A DNA stretch of 64,000 nucleotides, from positions 64,001-128,000 of the IMG/VR virus record IMGVR_UViG_3300036766_000416; one strand, written 5' to 3'. This document shows positions 21,664 to 29,309 of this stretch, piece by piece. How positions within the stretch are numbered: the first letter of the stretch is position 1; the number at the start of each line of letters is the position of its first letter. The notes below the pieces were generated by a model. It searched no databases, was not told the origin of the DNA, and saw only the letters and a list, made by a program, of their open reading frames with translations. The translations under genes were made by a program, and so were the position numbers. Origin of the DNA: a virus.

Positions 21664-21666
21664 TAA
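20290..21666 (+). CDS. Kelch-like six-repeat beta-propeller virion protein, paralog 3
   Basis: Same architecture; AGAGGAA SD; ends GTGIF. Confidence 0.6.
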   Translation: MSLILDGNTATVTANSIIFRGNTSGTITLTANAVADTTNIYLPGVTGTLQTTSNTANVVTTAPMITPTQITVDTDDWAPTGYANAKVINANTSDVWSLGGLTYGLTNSVIINNVGANSFLLNHEANTSTAANRFQLDEDQVTVYANVSIFLMYDVTGTRWVVNGGERKVGKGFFSGGFTSSDSAVADRTTYATEVTAAVSGANLSVARDGPAAAGNASKGFFSGGHAGSDSAVADRTTYATEVTAAVPGANLSLARRYPAAAGNASKGFFSGGFTGTYSVVADRTTYATEVTAAVSGANLSVARNELAAAGNASKGFFSGGGTGADSAVADRTTYSTEVTAAVSGANLSVARNGLAAAGNASKGFFSGGHTGSNSVVADRTTYATEVTAAVSGADLSVARQLPSAAGNASKGFFSGGDPGPSAVADRTTYATETTAAVSGANLSLARYGLAAAGTGIF

Positions 21667-21688
21667 TGTTCACTATGAGGAGGTTATA

Positions 21689-22255
21689 ATGAATTTACCA
21701 GAAATTATTTCACAACATGATGCGCTCTTTGCCGCGTTTGACGCCGTTAGTCAACCACGAAGCGATTATCAACTGAGAAAGTTTGTGGTGGGAGAACACG
21801 AAACACCCGAGAGACAGTATCTTCAAGTCGTGGTCGAAATGCAACGAAAAGTGTCGTCCCTTCGACGCGCTGTGATTGAGCGACGAAAGAAAATCGCCGC
21901 CATAGAGAAGGAAACGGATCTCGACGAGAAAGAATTGATGCAGATTGATCTTGATGACATGAACTTTGCGATTACGGGGGCCATGCGCGAATTCAACACG
22001 CTCTATGACATCTACATGAGCCTTCCGACATTCACGACCCAGCAACTTCAGGATGCGGAAGAAGGTTACTGGATTCGCCGATTGATTCGTCAATCACAGG
22101 TTGATATCGATTCCTGTGGGCAAGTGTCACCTGGCAACATGGATGCCCTGAGACAAGCAGGGATTGTCACCGGATTTGAGGAACGATTCAATTTGGTTTC
22201 ACAGTCACTTCGAGGAGTCAATCATGATTTACTTCAGTTACCAACTCAAGGCTAA
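21689..22255 (+). CDS. Conserved phage hypothetical protein (coiled-coil; possible fibre assembly factor)
   Basis: Strong GAGGAGG SD; RSDYQLRKFVVGEH.TPERQY motif; directly follows the propeller genes. Confidence 0.45.
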   Translation: MNLPEIISQHDALFAAFDAVSQPRSDYQLRKFVVGEHETPERQYLQVVVEMQRKVSSLRRAVIERRKKIAAIEKETDLDEKELMQIDLDDMNFAITGAMREFNTLYDIYMSLPTFTTQQLQDAEEGYWIRRLIRQSQVDIDSCGQVSPGNMDALRQAGIVTGFEERFNLVSQSLRGVNHDLLQLPTQG

Positions 22256-22826
22256 TCCTGATGGGTCGCGGTCAGGACCCGCGAGTATTCTTCCGGCCAA
22301 TTCCGTCACTGGGATCACGGCCAATGGAAATTACTACGGAAAAGCCAGTATCGGTTCGATTTCCATTTTGACGAATGCTGGATTTCAGGCGAACGTGCTC
22401 AATAGTGCGTATCAGTATGTCATGGCCAATGCGGCGAACGGTGTGATTACAGGGGTCGAGCGTCGTGCTGACCATCTTCTGATTACAAACAATTCGGCCA
22501 ATACCGCCAATGCAGAGAATATCGCCTTTACAGCCTATACGACCTGGATCAGCGAGGGGAAGGTACCACTACCACCAACACTCCCCTATGAGACACCTGA
22601 TTATGAAGGATTTAGTAGCTGGCTGAACAATGCGCTCTCGGTGGTCAATATCAATGCGTTTTGCGCCGCGTACCCAGGGTTCGCATGGTTTGTGATGTCA
22701 CACAATAATGCTGGTATCTCAGCGGTGATGATCGACGCCTTCAACACCGGAAAAATTACGGCCGGGCAACTCTTGGCCGTCAAGAACTCGATGATCGATT
22801 TCAACATTCCTATTGTGCTACCATAA
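22224..22826 (+). CDS. Hypothetical protein (200 aa)
   Basis: GAGGAG SD before ATG 22224, in frame with the 22164 ORF; no recognisable motif. Confidence 0.5.
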   Translation: MIYFSYQLKANPDGSRSGPASILPANSVTGITANGNYYGKASIGSISILTNAGFQANVLNSAYQYVMANAANGVITGVERRADHLLITNNSANTANAENIAFTAYTTWISEGKVPLPPTLPYETPDYEGFSSWLNNALSVVNINAFCAAYPGFAWFVMSHNNAGISAVMIDAFNTGKITAGQLLAVKNSMIDFNIPIVLP

Positions 22827-22838
22827 AGGGATCACTCC

Positions 22839-23630
22839 ATGGCTCTACTGAGAATTGCAGGAGACACTTCGGGATTCTCCAACCTCGCGGCCCCCGCGGT
22901 CGCGGGGAGTAACACCTACACCTTTGACTACCCCCAAGGATCACCTGTCACCACGCTGACGCCTGTCGTCATCGCCAACGGCACTCTGTTGATGGGCAAT
23001 ACGATCTCAGGACGTCTGGAGGCCAACACCCTTGTTGCCGGAACCAGCATCACAATCACCAATGGACCGAGTACCATCACGATTGCTTCGACCGTTACGG
23101 GCACCGCGGGTCTCCATACCATTTGGGTGCCTGCATGGGCCATGTATCCCACGACCACCAACGGGGCCTCAGCAGCGAACGGTGCGTTCCAAACAGTCAC
23201 CAACATCCTGATGTTCAAGACCCTGGACTATGATACGACCACCTCAGAGAAAGCCCAGTTCAGTCTCAAGCTTGGCAACTCGTGGAACCTGAGCACGGTG
23301 ACTGCAAAGGTCGTCTGGTCTCACGGTACGACCGCGACCAACTTTGGAGTCTCGTGGTCTGTCGCAGGACATGCGTTCAGTGACAACGAAGCGGGTGACG
23401 CAGCACTCGGTACTCCAATGGTGTTCAGTGACACCGGTGGTACCGCGAACAACATTTATATTTCACCTGCATCGGGAGGCATCACGATTGGTGGTACCCC
23501 TGCGGATGGTGATTGGATCATCATGGAAGTCTTGCGCTCAGTCGCCAATGCGAGTGATACCATGGCGATTGATGCCCGACTGCATGGCGTCGAATTGACC
23601 TACACCACCGATGCCGAAACGGATGCTTAA
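22839..23630 (+). CDS. Tail-fibre-related virion protein
   Basis: N-terminal AGDTSG.SNL.A..VAGS motif shared with the propeller paralogs; ANGTLLMGNT..G....NTL.AG..ITITNG segment shared with the giant fibre repeat. Confidence 0.55.
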   Translation: MALLRIAGDTSGFSNLAAPAVAGSNTYTFDYPQGSPVTTLTPVVIANGTLLMGNTISGRLEANTLVAGTSITITNGPSTITIASTVTGTAGLHTIWVPAWAMYPTTTNGASAANGAFQTVTNILMFKTLDYDTTTSEKAQFSLKLGNSWNLSTVTAKVVWSHGTTATNFGVSWSVAGHAFSDNEAGDAALGTPMVFSDTGGTANNIYISPASGGITIGGTPADGDWIIMEVLRSVANASDTMAIDARLHGVELTYTTDAETDA

Positions 23631-23639
23631 GAGGAACCT

Positions 23640-24062
23640 ATGATACCCTATGTCTGTCTCTATGCCGATACGTTGATTGTGCACCACTATCATGATTTTT
23701 TTGATCATGAGGTGTTGCCGATTGACCTGCTCCACAAGAACCTCATCTGGCGCAAGCTCGTGGTGGTCCATCCACCCTTTGATCACAGGACCGAACACGA
23801 AGCGGGGACCACTCAGGAGGTCACCGACACGGACTGTATCATCACCTATATCATTGAGCCCAACGTACCTGTGCCACCAGAGACCCCTGAGCAACGCCAG
23901 AGCCGAACGCTTCGAGTGGTCCAGGCACAATTTTTCAGTAATGAGAAGTTTCTTTTGACGACATTCATATTCGCGCTGTATAATGAGGTTCTGACACTCA
24001 AAGGTCTCCCGACTATTGAGATGGAAGAATTCAAGAAAGTGTTGCAGACCTATGTTGCCTAG
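23640..24062 (+). CDS. Hypothetical protein (possible fibre chaperone)
   Basis: AGAGGAA SD; tightly packed between virion genes. Confidence 0.4.
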   Translation: MIPYVCLYADTLIVHHYHDFFDHEVLPIDLLHKNLIWRKLVVVHPPFDHRTEHEAGTTQEVTDTDCIITYIIEPNVPVPPETPEQRQSRTLRVVQAQFFSNEKFLLTTFIFALYNEVLTLKGLPTIEMEEFKKVLQTYVA

Positions 24063-25044
24063 TACCCAACAGACAGGATTCAACGCAGGTCGGCGCATCG
24101 AATTCAGCGTGAGAACGGTCATCACTGGTGTCACCGGAAACACCGTTTATACTGTGCCACAAGATTGTTATAATATTTTTGTCAAGATGTGGGGCTCAGG
24201 TGGAGGTGGTGCCCACGCAGGTTCCACGGTCTCCTCAGGTGGGGGCGGCGGCGGCGGCGGTGGATTCGTTCAAGGCGTGATCCCCGTCACTCCAGGTGAA
24301 ACATTATTTTATGCGCTCGGTGCTGGTGGTGCGCTGACGTCCGCGACACGCAATGGTGCGGGTGGCGGTGGCATGACGCATGTTATGCGCGGACCCACCT
24401 ACCTCAGTTCTGCTGGAGCCGGTGGCGGCGGAGGTGGTGGCGCCAACTTGAACGTGGAAGACGGAGGCGGTGGTGGCGCAGGTGGAGGCACAACGGGAGG
24501 CGCGGGAACCACGGGTGCTGGTGGAGGAGGTAACGGAGGTGGTGGAGGCACTGCCTCTGCAGGTGGTGCAGGTGGAACAGGAACAACTGGATCGGATGGT
24601 GAGGCCGGTGAAGTAGACGGCAGAAACTTTGGTGGTGATGGTGGGCAGAACGCCGGTGGCACCCAGGGCGGTGGCGGCGCAGGTGGCGCGACTGGTGGTG
24701 GCGCAGGTGGATCGAATGTCACAGATGCGGGCGGAGCAGGTGGTGGTGGCGGGGCAGGATATTTTGGTGGTGGGGGTGCCGAGGGTGGTCCCGTAGGAGA
24801 AGCGGGTGGCGGTGGCGGTGGAGCATCCAGCTACACGGGTGGCATGGTTGAAGGTGGAACAGGACGCGCAATCACCAACACTCAAGGTACTGTAGGAGGT
24901 ACCCCAGGAGCAGGTGGTGCTTCAGCGAACCAAACAGATGTGGATTGGGTCGCCAGCGCAGGAAATGGTGGAGCAGGTGGAGCCGGATCAGATGCGACTG
25001 GTGCTGTCGGACAGGACGCACGAATCGTGATTTATGCCAACTAA
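24052..25044 (+). CDS. Glycine-rich tail-associated protein
   Basis: YTVPQDCYNIFVKMWGSGGGG...GGGGGFV.G.I.VTPGETL...LGAGG phage Gly-rich domain; ATG 24052 overlaps the upstream gene end. Confidence 0.65.
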   Translation: MLPSTQQTGFNAGRRIEFSVRTVITGVTGNTVYTVPQDCYNIFVKMWGSGGGGAHAGSTVSSGGGGGGGGGFVQGVIPVTPGETLFYALGAGGALTSATRNGAGGGGMTHVMRGPTYLSSAGAGGGGGGGANLNVEDGGGGGAGGGTTGGAGTTGAGGGGNGGGGGTASAGGAGGTGTTGSDGEAGEVDGRNFGGDGGQNAGGTQGGGGAGGATGGGAGGSNVTDAGGAGGGGGAGYFGGGGAEGGPVGEAGGGGGGASSYTGGMVEGGTGRAITNTQGTVGGTPGAGGASANQTDVDWVASAGNGGAGGAGSDATGAVGQDARIVIYAN

Positions 25045-25063
25045 ATAGAATCAGAGGAAACCT

Positions 25064-25828
25064 ATGTTCACGATCTACCAGGTAACTAATAGGGACAACG
25101 AAGAAAGGTATGTTGGGTTCACAAGCGAGAATCCACCAAAGAATAGATGGGTTGCTCATCAGTACCTAGCTCGTAAAGGTTCTATGACCCACTTCCACTG
25201 TGCGATTAGGAAATATGGTGTTGGTGCATTTGAATGGAAAATTTTGGAGATGGGTGAGAATGGGGATTATGGGAAGAATGTTGCTGAACCGTTGTATATT
25301 GCTTGGCTGAAGCCAGAGTATAACAAAACCAAAGGTGGCGACGGAATAGTGGGCTATAAGCATACACCCGAACATTGTCTAGCACAATCGGAACGAAAAA
25401 GAGGAAAGAAGTATGCCTTAGGTCACAGACACACTGAGGAAACCAAACGAATTATTGCCGAAGCAAGTAGAAGCCGTAAGCGCACCCCAGAACAAAATAA
25501 AGCAGCATCCATTAGAATGATGGGCAAGAAAATGGGGCTTGGACACAAAAAATCCGAGGAGTGTAAGAGATTGATGTCGGAGAAAATGAAAGGTCGGACA
25601 GGAATTTCCCATTCAAAAGAACGGAAACTCAAATCATCAGAACGAATGAAGGGTAATCAATATTCTTTGGGAGTCAAACATTCAAAAGAACAAAATTTAT
25701 CCAAATCCTCTCGTCAAAAGGGAAGAAAACAAATGTTAGTTCGGTGCCCTCATTGCGAAAAATCAGGAGGGCATAGAAATATGAAACGATGGCACTTTGA
25801 CAACTGCAAACAAAGAACGGGTGTATAA
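25064..25828 (+). CDS. GIY-YIG homing endonuclease with NUMOD3-like repeats and C-terminal Cys motif
   Basis: FTIYQVTN...RYVGFT, AE...I...KPEYN, HTPE/HTEETK repeats, CPHCEKSGG...MKRWHFDNCK; stop overlaps the gp13 ATG (TAATG). Confidence 0.85.
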   Translation: MFTIYQVTNRDNEERYVGFTSENPPKNRWVAHQYLARKGSMTHFHCAIRKYGVGAFEWKILEMGENGDYGKNVAEPLYIAWLKPEYNKTKGGDGIVGYKHTPEHCLAQSERKRGKKYALGHRHTEETKRIIAEASRSRKRTPEQNKAASIRMMGKKMGLGHKKSEECKRLMSEKMKGRTGISHSKERKLKSSERMKGNQYSLGVKHSKEQNLSKSSRQKGRKQMLVRCPHCEKSGGHRNMKRWHFDNCKQRTGV

Positions 25829-26793
25829 TGAGTATACCAACGACCAGAGCACAATTTATCGACTACTGCAAACGCAATAACGGCTGGCCCGTGATCGACA
25901 TAAATGTGGATGACGATCAAGTTGAGGATAGAATCGATGAAGCCCTGGAATTCTTTTTTGATTATGCGTACGACGGTTCAGAAAAAACTTATTTGAAACA
26001 CCGGATCACTCAACAGGACCGGGACCGCAAGTATATCCTGATACCCAATCGGATCATTGGTGTCACAGCGGTGATGCCATTCGATGATTCGGCAGCCAGT
26101 GTTAATATGTTTGACTTGAGGTATCAGCTTCGCCTGCACGATTTATATGATTTTACTTCGGTGAGTTACGTGCCGTATGCCATAACAATGTCGCATTTAC
26201 GGACCATGCAGATCCTCTTTTCTGGTACCCCACAGTTCCGATTCCACAGGCACCGCAATCGGTTGAACCTGGACATCGATTGGGAGGCCTCAGCACAACT
26301 GGGTTCCTATGTCGTCATGGAGTGCTATGCGACCATGAATCCTGATCGAATCGACTTTGCTGGTACAGTGAGTACCATAGCAGGTTCCAACACGATCACG
26401 AGCACTGGTGCAACATTCGACTCCGCATTCTTCAGGGGTGATGAGATTGTCATTGCGAACACTGGAGGCGACATTGCGACCACTGTAGATTTTCTGGCCA
26501 ATGCGAGTACCATGAACGTCTTAACCACTATGGTCTCTACAGAGACCGGGCTCTCTGTGTACCAAGTAGGGAACAGCGATGTTTGGAATGACCGATGGCT
26601 CAAGAGGTATGGAAGCGCACTGATCAAGAAACAGTTTGGTACCAACCTCAAGAAATTTGGAGGCGTGCAGATGCCAGGAGGTATCGTGCTGAACGGACAA
26701 ATTATTTTCGATGAAGCGGTCAGAGAGATCAAGGAACTTGAAGAGGAAATGTTCAAATTGTCGGTTTTGCCGAACGATTTTTATATTGGTTAG
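25828..26793 (+). CDS. gp13: Neck protein gp13
   Basis: FIDYCKR..G.PVIDINVDDDQVEDRIDEALEFF and WLKRYGSALIKKQFGTNLKKFGGVQMPGGIVLNG; position before gp14. Confidence 0.9.
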   Translation: MSIPTTRAQFIDYCKRNNGWPVIDINVDDDQVEDRIDEALEFFFDYAYDGSEKTYLKHRITQQDRDRKYILIPNRIIGVTAVMPFDDSAASVNMFDLRYQLRLHDLYDFTSVSYVPYAITMSHLRTMQILFSGTPQFRFHRHRNRLNLDIDWEASAQLGSYVVMECYATMNPDRIDFAGTVSTIAGSNTITSTGATFDSAFFRGDEIVIANTGGDIATTVDFLANASTMNVLTTMVSTETGLSVYQVGNSDVWNDRWLKRYGSALIKKQFGTNLKKFGGVQMPGGIVLNGQIIFDEAVREIKELEEEMFKLSVLPNDFYIG

Positions 26794-26804
26794 GAAATAA
26801 TACT

Positions 26805-27440
26805 ATGCCTGCTATTGTCTATGTGACCACTAATCTAGTTAATGGAAAGAAATACTTGGGGAAGCATAGCGGGAAAAGGATTGATTATTTGGGTTCCGGT
26901 TTAGGTATAAAACGCGCAATTAAGAAATATGGCAAAAATAATTTCATTAGAGAAGTAGTCGCTGAATGTTCGACAGATCAGGAAGCATTTGATGTCGAAG
27001 AGAGTTTATCAAAAAAATGGAATGTTGTATCTGATCCTAAATGGTATAACAATACAATTGGGGGAAAAGGATTTCAGTCCGGTTTGGGGCATCCATATTT
27101 CGGGAAGCCACTTCCCAAAGATCAGATAAGGAAGATTGCAATAGCTAGACGGGCGCGCCAGCCGGAAATTTGTTTGAAATTAAAGGAATCTGGAATACGG
27201 GCTTGGTCAGACCCAAACACACGTCAGAAAATAAAAGATTCTATGAACACCGAAAGGGCTATCAGAAATCGTAGCGATGCGGGGAAAAAACGATATGATG
27301 ACCCAATTGAAAGACAACAACAGAGTTTAAGAATGAAGCTGCGATATGAAAACACATCGGAAAGACAAAAAACAAGTGAAGCCGGAAAATTAGGATGGAT
27401 AAAAAGAAGGCGAAGAGGGTCTGATGTCCTATTCAAGTAA
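26805..27440 (+). CDS. GIY-YIG (SegA-E type) homing endonuclease
   Basis: IVYVTTNLVNGKKYLGKH...YLGSG...IKKYGKNNF.RE and WYN motif; AT-rich relative to its flanks. Confidence 0.85.
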   Translation: MPAIVYVTTNLVNGKKYLGKHSGKRIDYLGSGLGIKRAIKKYGKNNFIREVVAECSTDQEAFDVEESLSKKWNVVSDPKWYNNTIGGKGFQSGLGHPYFGKPLPKDQIRKIAIARRARQPEICLKLKESGIRAWSDPNTRQKIKDSMNTERAIRNRSDAGKKRYDDPIERQQQSLRMKLRYENTSERQKTSEAGKLGWIKRRRRGSDVLFK

Positions 27441-27810
27441 AGTTATCGACCATTTCAATAATCCTAGAAATATGGGAAGCCTTCCAAAAAATGATAAGGA
27501 TGTAGGAACTGGATTAGTGGGTGCACCTGAATGTGGGGATGTTCTCAAACTCCAAATTAGAATCGACAAAGATGTAATAGTTGATGCCAAGTTTCGTGCT
27601 TTTGGTTGTGGTTCTGCTATAGCCAGCTCAAGTCTTGCCACAGAATTTCTTAAAGGCAAGACCGTTCAGGAAGCGCAAACAATCAGGAACACGGACATTG
27701 TGCAGGAACTGAACCTGCCACCCGTAAAAATTCACTGTTCGGTGCTCGCAGAGGATGCGATTAAGGCAGCGTTGGCGGATTACCAGAAGAAACAGGTGGT
27801 CTCAATATGA
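27424..27810 (+). CDS. iscU: Fe-S cluster scaffold IscU
   Basis: YSSKVIDHFNNPRN, GAPECGDVLKLQI, FGCGSAIASSS, LPPVKIHCSVLAEDAIKAA: all three Cys, the Asp and the HscA-binding LPPVK motif are intact. Confidence 0.95.
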   Translation: MSYSSKVIDHFNNPRNMGSLPKNDKDVGTGLVGAPECGDVLKLQIRIDKDVIVDAKFRAFGCGSAIASSSLATEFLKGKTVQEAQTIRNTDIVQELNLPPVKIHCSVLAEDAIKAALADYQKKQVVSI

Positions 27811-28124
27811 TCACCGTGACACCGGAAGCAGCCAGCAAAATCAAGGCATTCATAGCTGACGAACCAGATGCCCTGGGTCTCAGAATATACGTCAAGGGCG
27901 GCGGGTGCTCCGGTTACAGCTATGGCATGGCCCTCGAACCCACGATCAGTGAGGACGATACGGTCATTGAGAAAGACGGTATCCAGGTGATTGTTGATCC
28001 ACAATCGCTCCCGTTGATTCAAGACTCCGTTGTAGACTATTCCGATAGCCTGATGGGCGCTGGGTTCCAGATCAAGAACCCCCAAGCCAAAACGACCTGT
28101 GGTTGCGGAAGTTCCTTCTCATGA
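27807..28124 (+). CDS. iscA: A-type Fe-S carrier IscA/ErpA (HesB family)
   Basis: LRIYVKGGGCSGYSY and NPQAKTTCGCGSSF; three conserved Cys; ATGA overlap with iscU. Confidence 0.92.
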   Translation: MITVTPEAASKIKAFIADEPDALGLRIYVKGGGCSGYSYGMALEPTISEDDTVIEKDGIQVIVDPQSLPLIQDSVVDYSDSLMGAGFQIKNPQAKTTCGCGSSFS

Positions 28125-28402
28125 CAGAATTTGTGATTAGTTGGATTATGTGGGCGCTCGTAGCCTCCACAACTCCCAACGTGAATATGATTGTGGTGCT
28201 TGATGAATTTCCGAGGCAGGATACCTGCCTGGGAATTGCAGAGCAGGTGGCGATCAGTGCGGCCAAGGATATTGAAGTCAAAAAGATTTCAGGTGTCGAG
28301 AGTATCACCGTGGTCTGTCTCCCGGTGCTCACGCGAGAGTCAGAAGATGCAGAATCTGATGGCAAACCCAAAAAGCATGTGCGAACCGAACCCGTAGGAT
28401 AA
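28121..28402 (+). CDS. Small putative exported/membrane protein
   Basis: ATGA overlap with the iscA stop; hydrophobic N-terminus; two Cys (F...DTC ... VVC). Confidence 0.45.
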   Translation: MTEFVISWIMWALVASTTPNVNMIVVLDEFPRQDTCLGIAEQVAISAAKDIEVKKISGVESITVVCLPVLTRESEDAESDGKPKKHVRTEPVG

Positions 28403-28403
28403 C

Positions 28404-29300
28404 ATGAGCACGAATCACTACTTTTCGTTTTTCCCCGAACAGATTACCTCCGAGCAATTGCTCGTTGAAGACCTGGTCATCGAGTCCCTAAAAATACACG
28501 GCATGGACGTCTACTATCTGCCCAGAGAGTCCAGGGACCAAATTGATCCTCTGATGGGTGAGGAGCAACTGAAGTTATTTGGTTCCGCTTACACCATTGA
28601 AATGTACCTTGAGAATGTGCTGGGTATGGAGGGCGAACAGGACCTTATCACTCGCTTTGGTCTCGAAATACGCGACGAGATGACCTTACTGGTGTCTCGT
28701 AGACGCTTTCAGTTCACCATCCCCTCAATGGTACGCCCACGCGAAGGTGACCTGGTGTATGTACCGCTGCTCCAAAATTTCTTTGAGATTATGCATGTTG
28801 AGCACGAGAACCAGCAAGCCGCATTCCACACTCTCGGAAGAGGCCGCGGGGGAAATGTGAATGTGTTTGCGCTCAAGCTCAAACAGTTTGTGTTCAGCAA
28901 CGAACAGATTCAAACAGGGGTATCCGAGGTGGATGAAGAAATCATTGAGAACTATCAACTCACCAACCTTGTGCTCTCAACGGGCACTGGGACTTTTGAC
29001 GTGGCCAACAGTGAACTGGTGTTTCAGGGTGCCAACATTGCGTATGCGAATGCGTTCGGTACAGCGCACACCTGGGATTCAGCGAACACCACGCTGTCGA
29101 TCTACCTGGTCAATGGTCTGTTCGCCAATACCGCGAACGTCAAGGGTGCGAATTCAGGAGCACAGTGGATCATGTCGTCGTTGGACACGGATACACCATC
29201 GGGTTCACAGTTTGAAGATCCTAGTGACAACAAGCAAATCGAGACCGAGAGCAACGCGATCCTTGACTTCGACGCAACCAATCCGTTTGGAAACCCATAA
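28404..29300 (+). CDS. gp14: Neck protein gp14
   Basis: EQLLVEDLVIESLKIHGMDVYYLPRE...IEMYLENV.G.EG..DL.TRFGLEIRDE...RPREGDLVY.P; ends DF...NPFG. Confidence 0.9.
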   Translation: MSTNHYFSFFPEQITSEQLLVEDLVIESLKIHGMDVYYLPRESRDQIDPLMGEEQLKLFGSAYTIEMYLENVLGMEGEQDLITRFGLEIRDEMTLLVSRRRFQFTIPSMVRPREGDLVYVPLLQNFFEIMHVEHENQQAAFHTLGRGRGGNVNVFALKLKQFVFSNEQIQTGVSEVDEEIIENYQLTNLVLSTGTGTFDVANSELVFQGANIAYANAFGTAHTWDSANTTLSIYLVNGLFANTANVKGANSGAQWIMSSLDTDTPSGSQFEDPSDNKQIETESNAILDFDATNPFGNP

Positions 29301-29309
29301 AGGACTACG

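Noticed and set aside
24304-24885. Minus-strand Pro/Thr-rich ORFs
   Set aside because: Antisense mirror of the poly-Gly codons of the Gly-rich gene.
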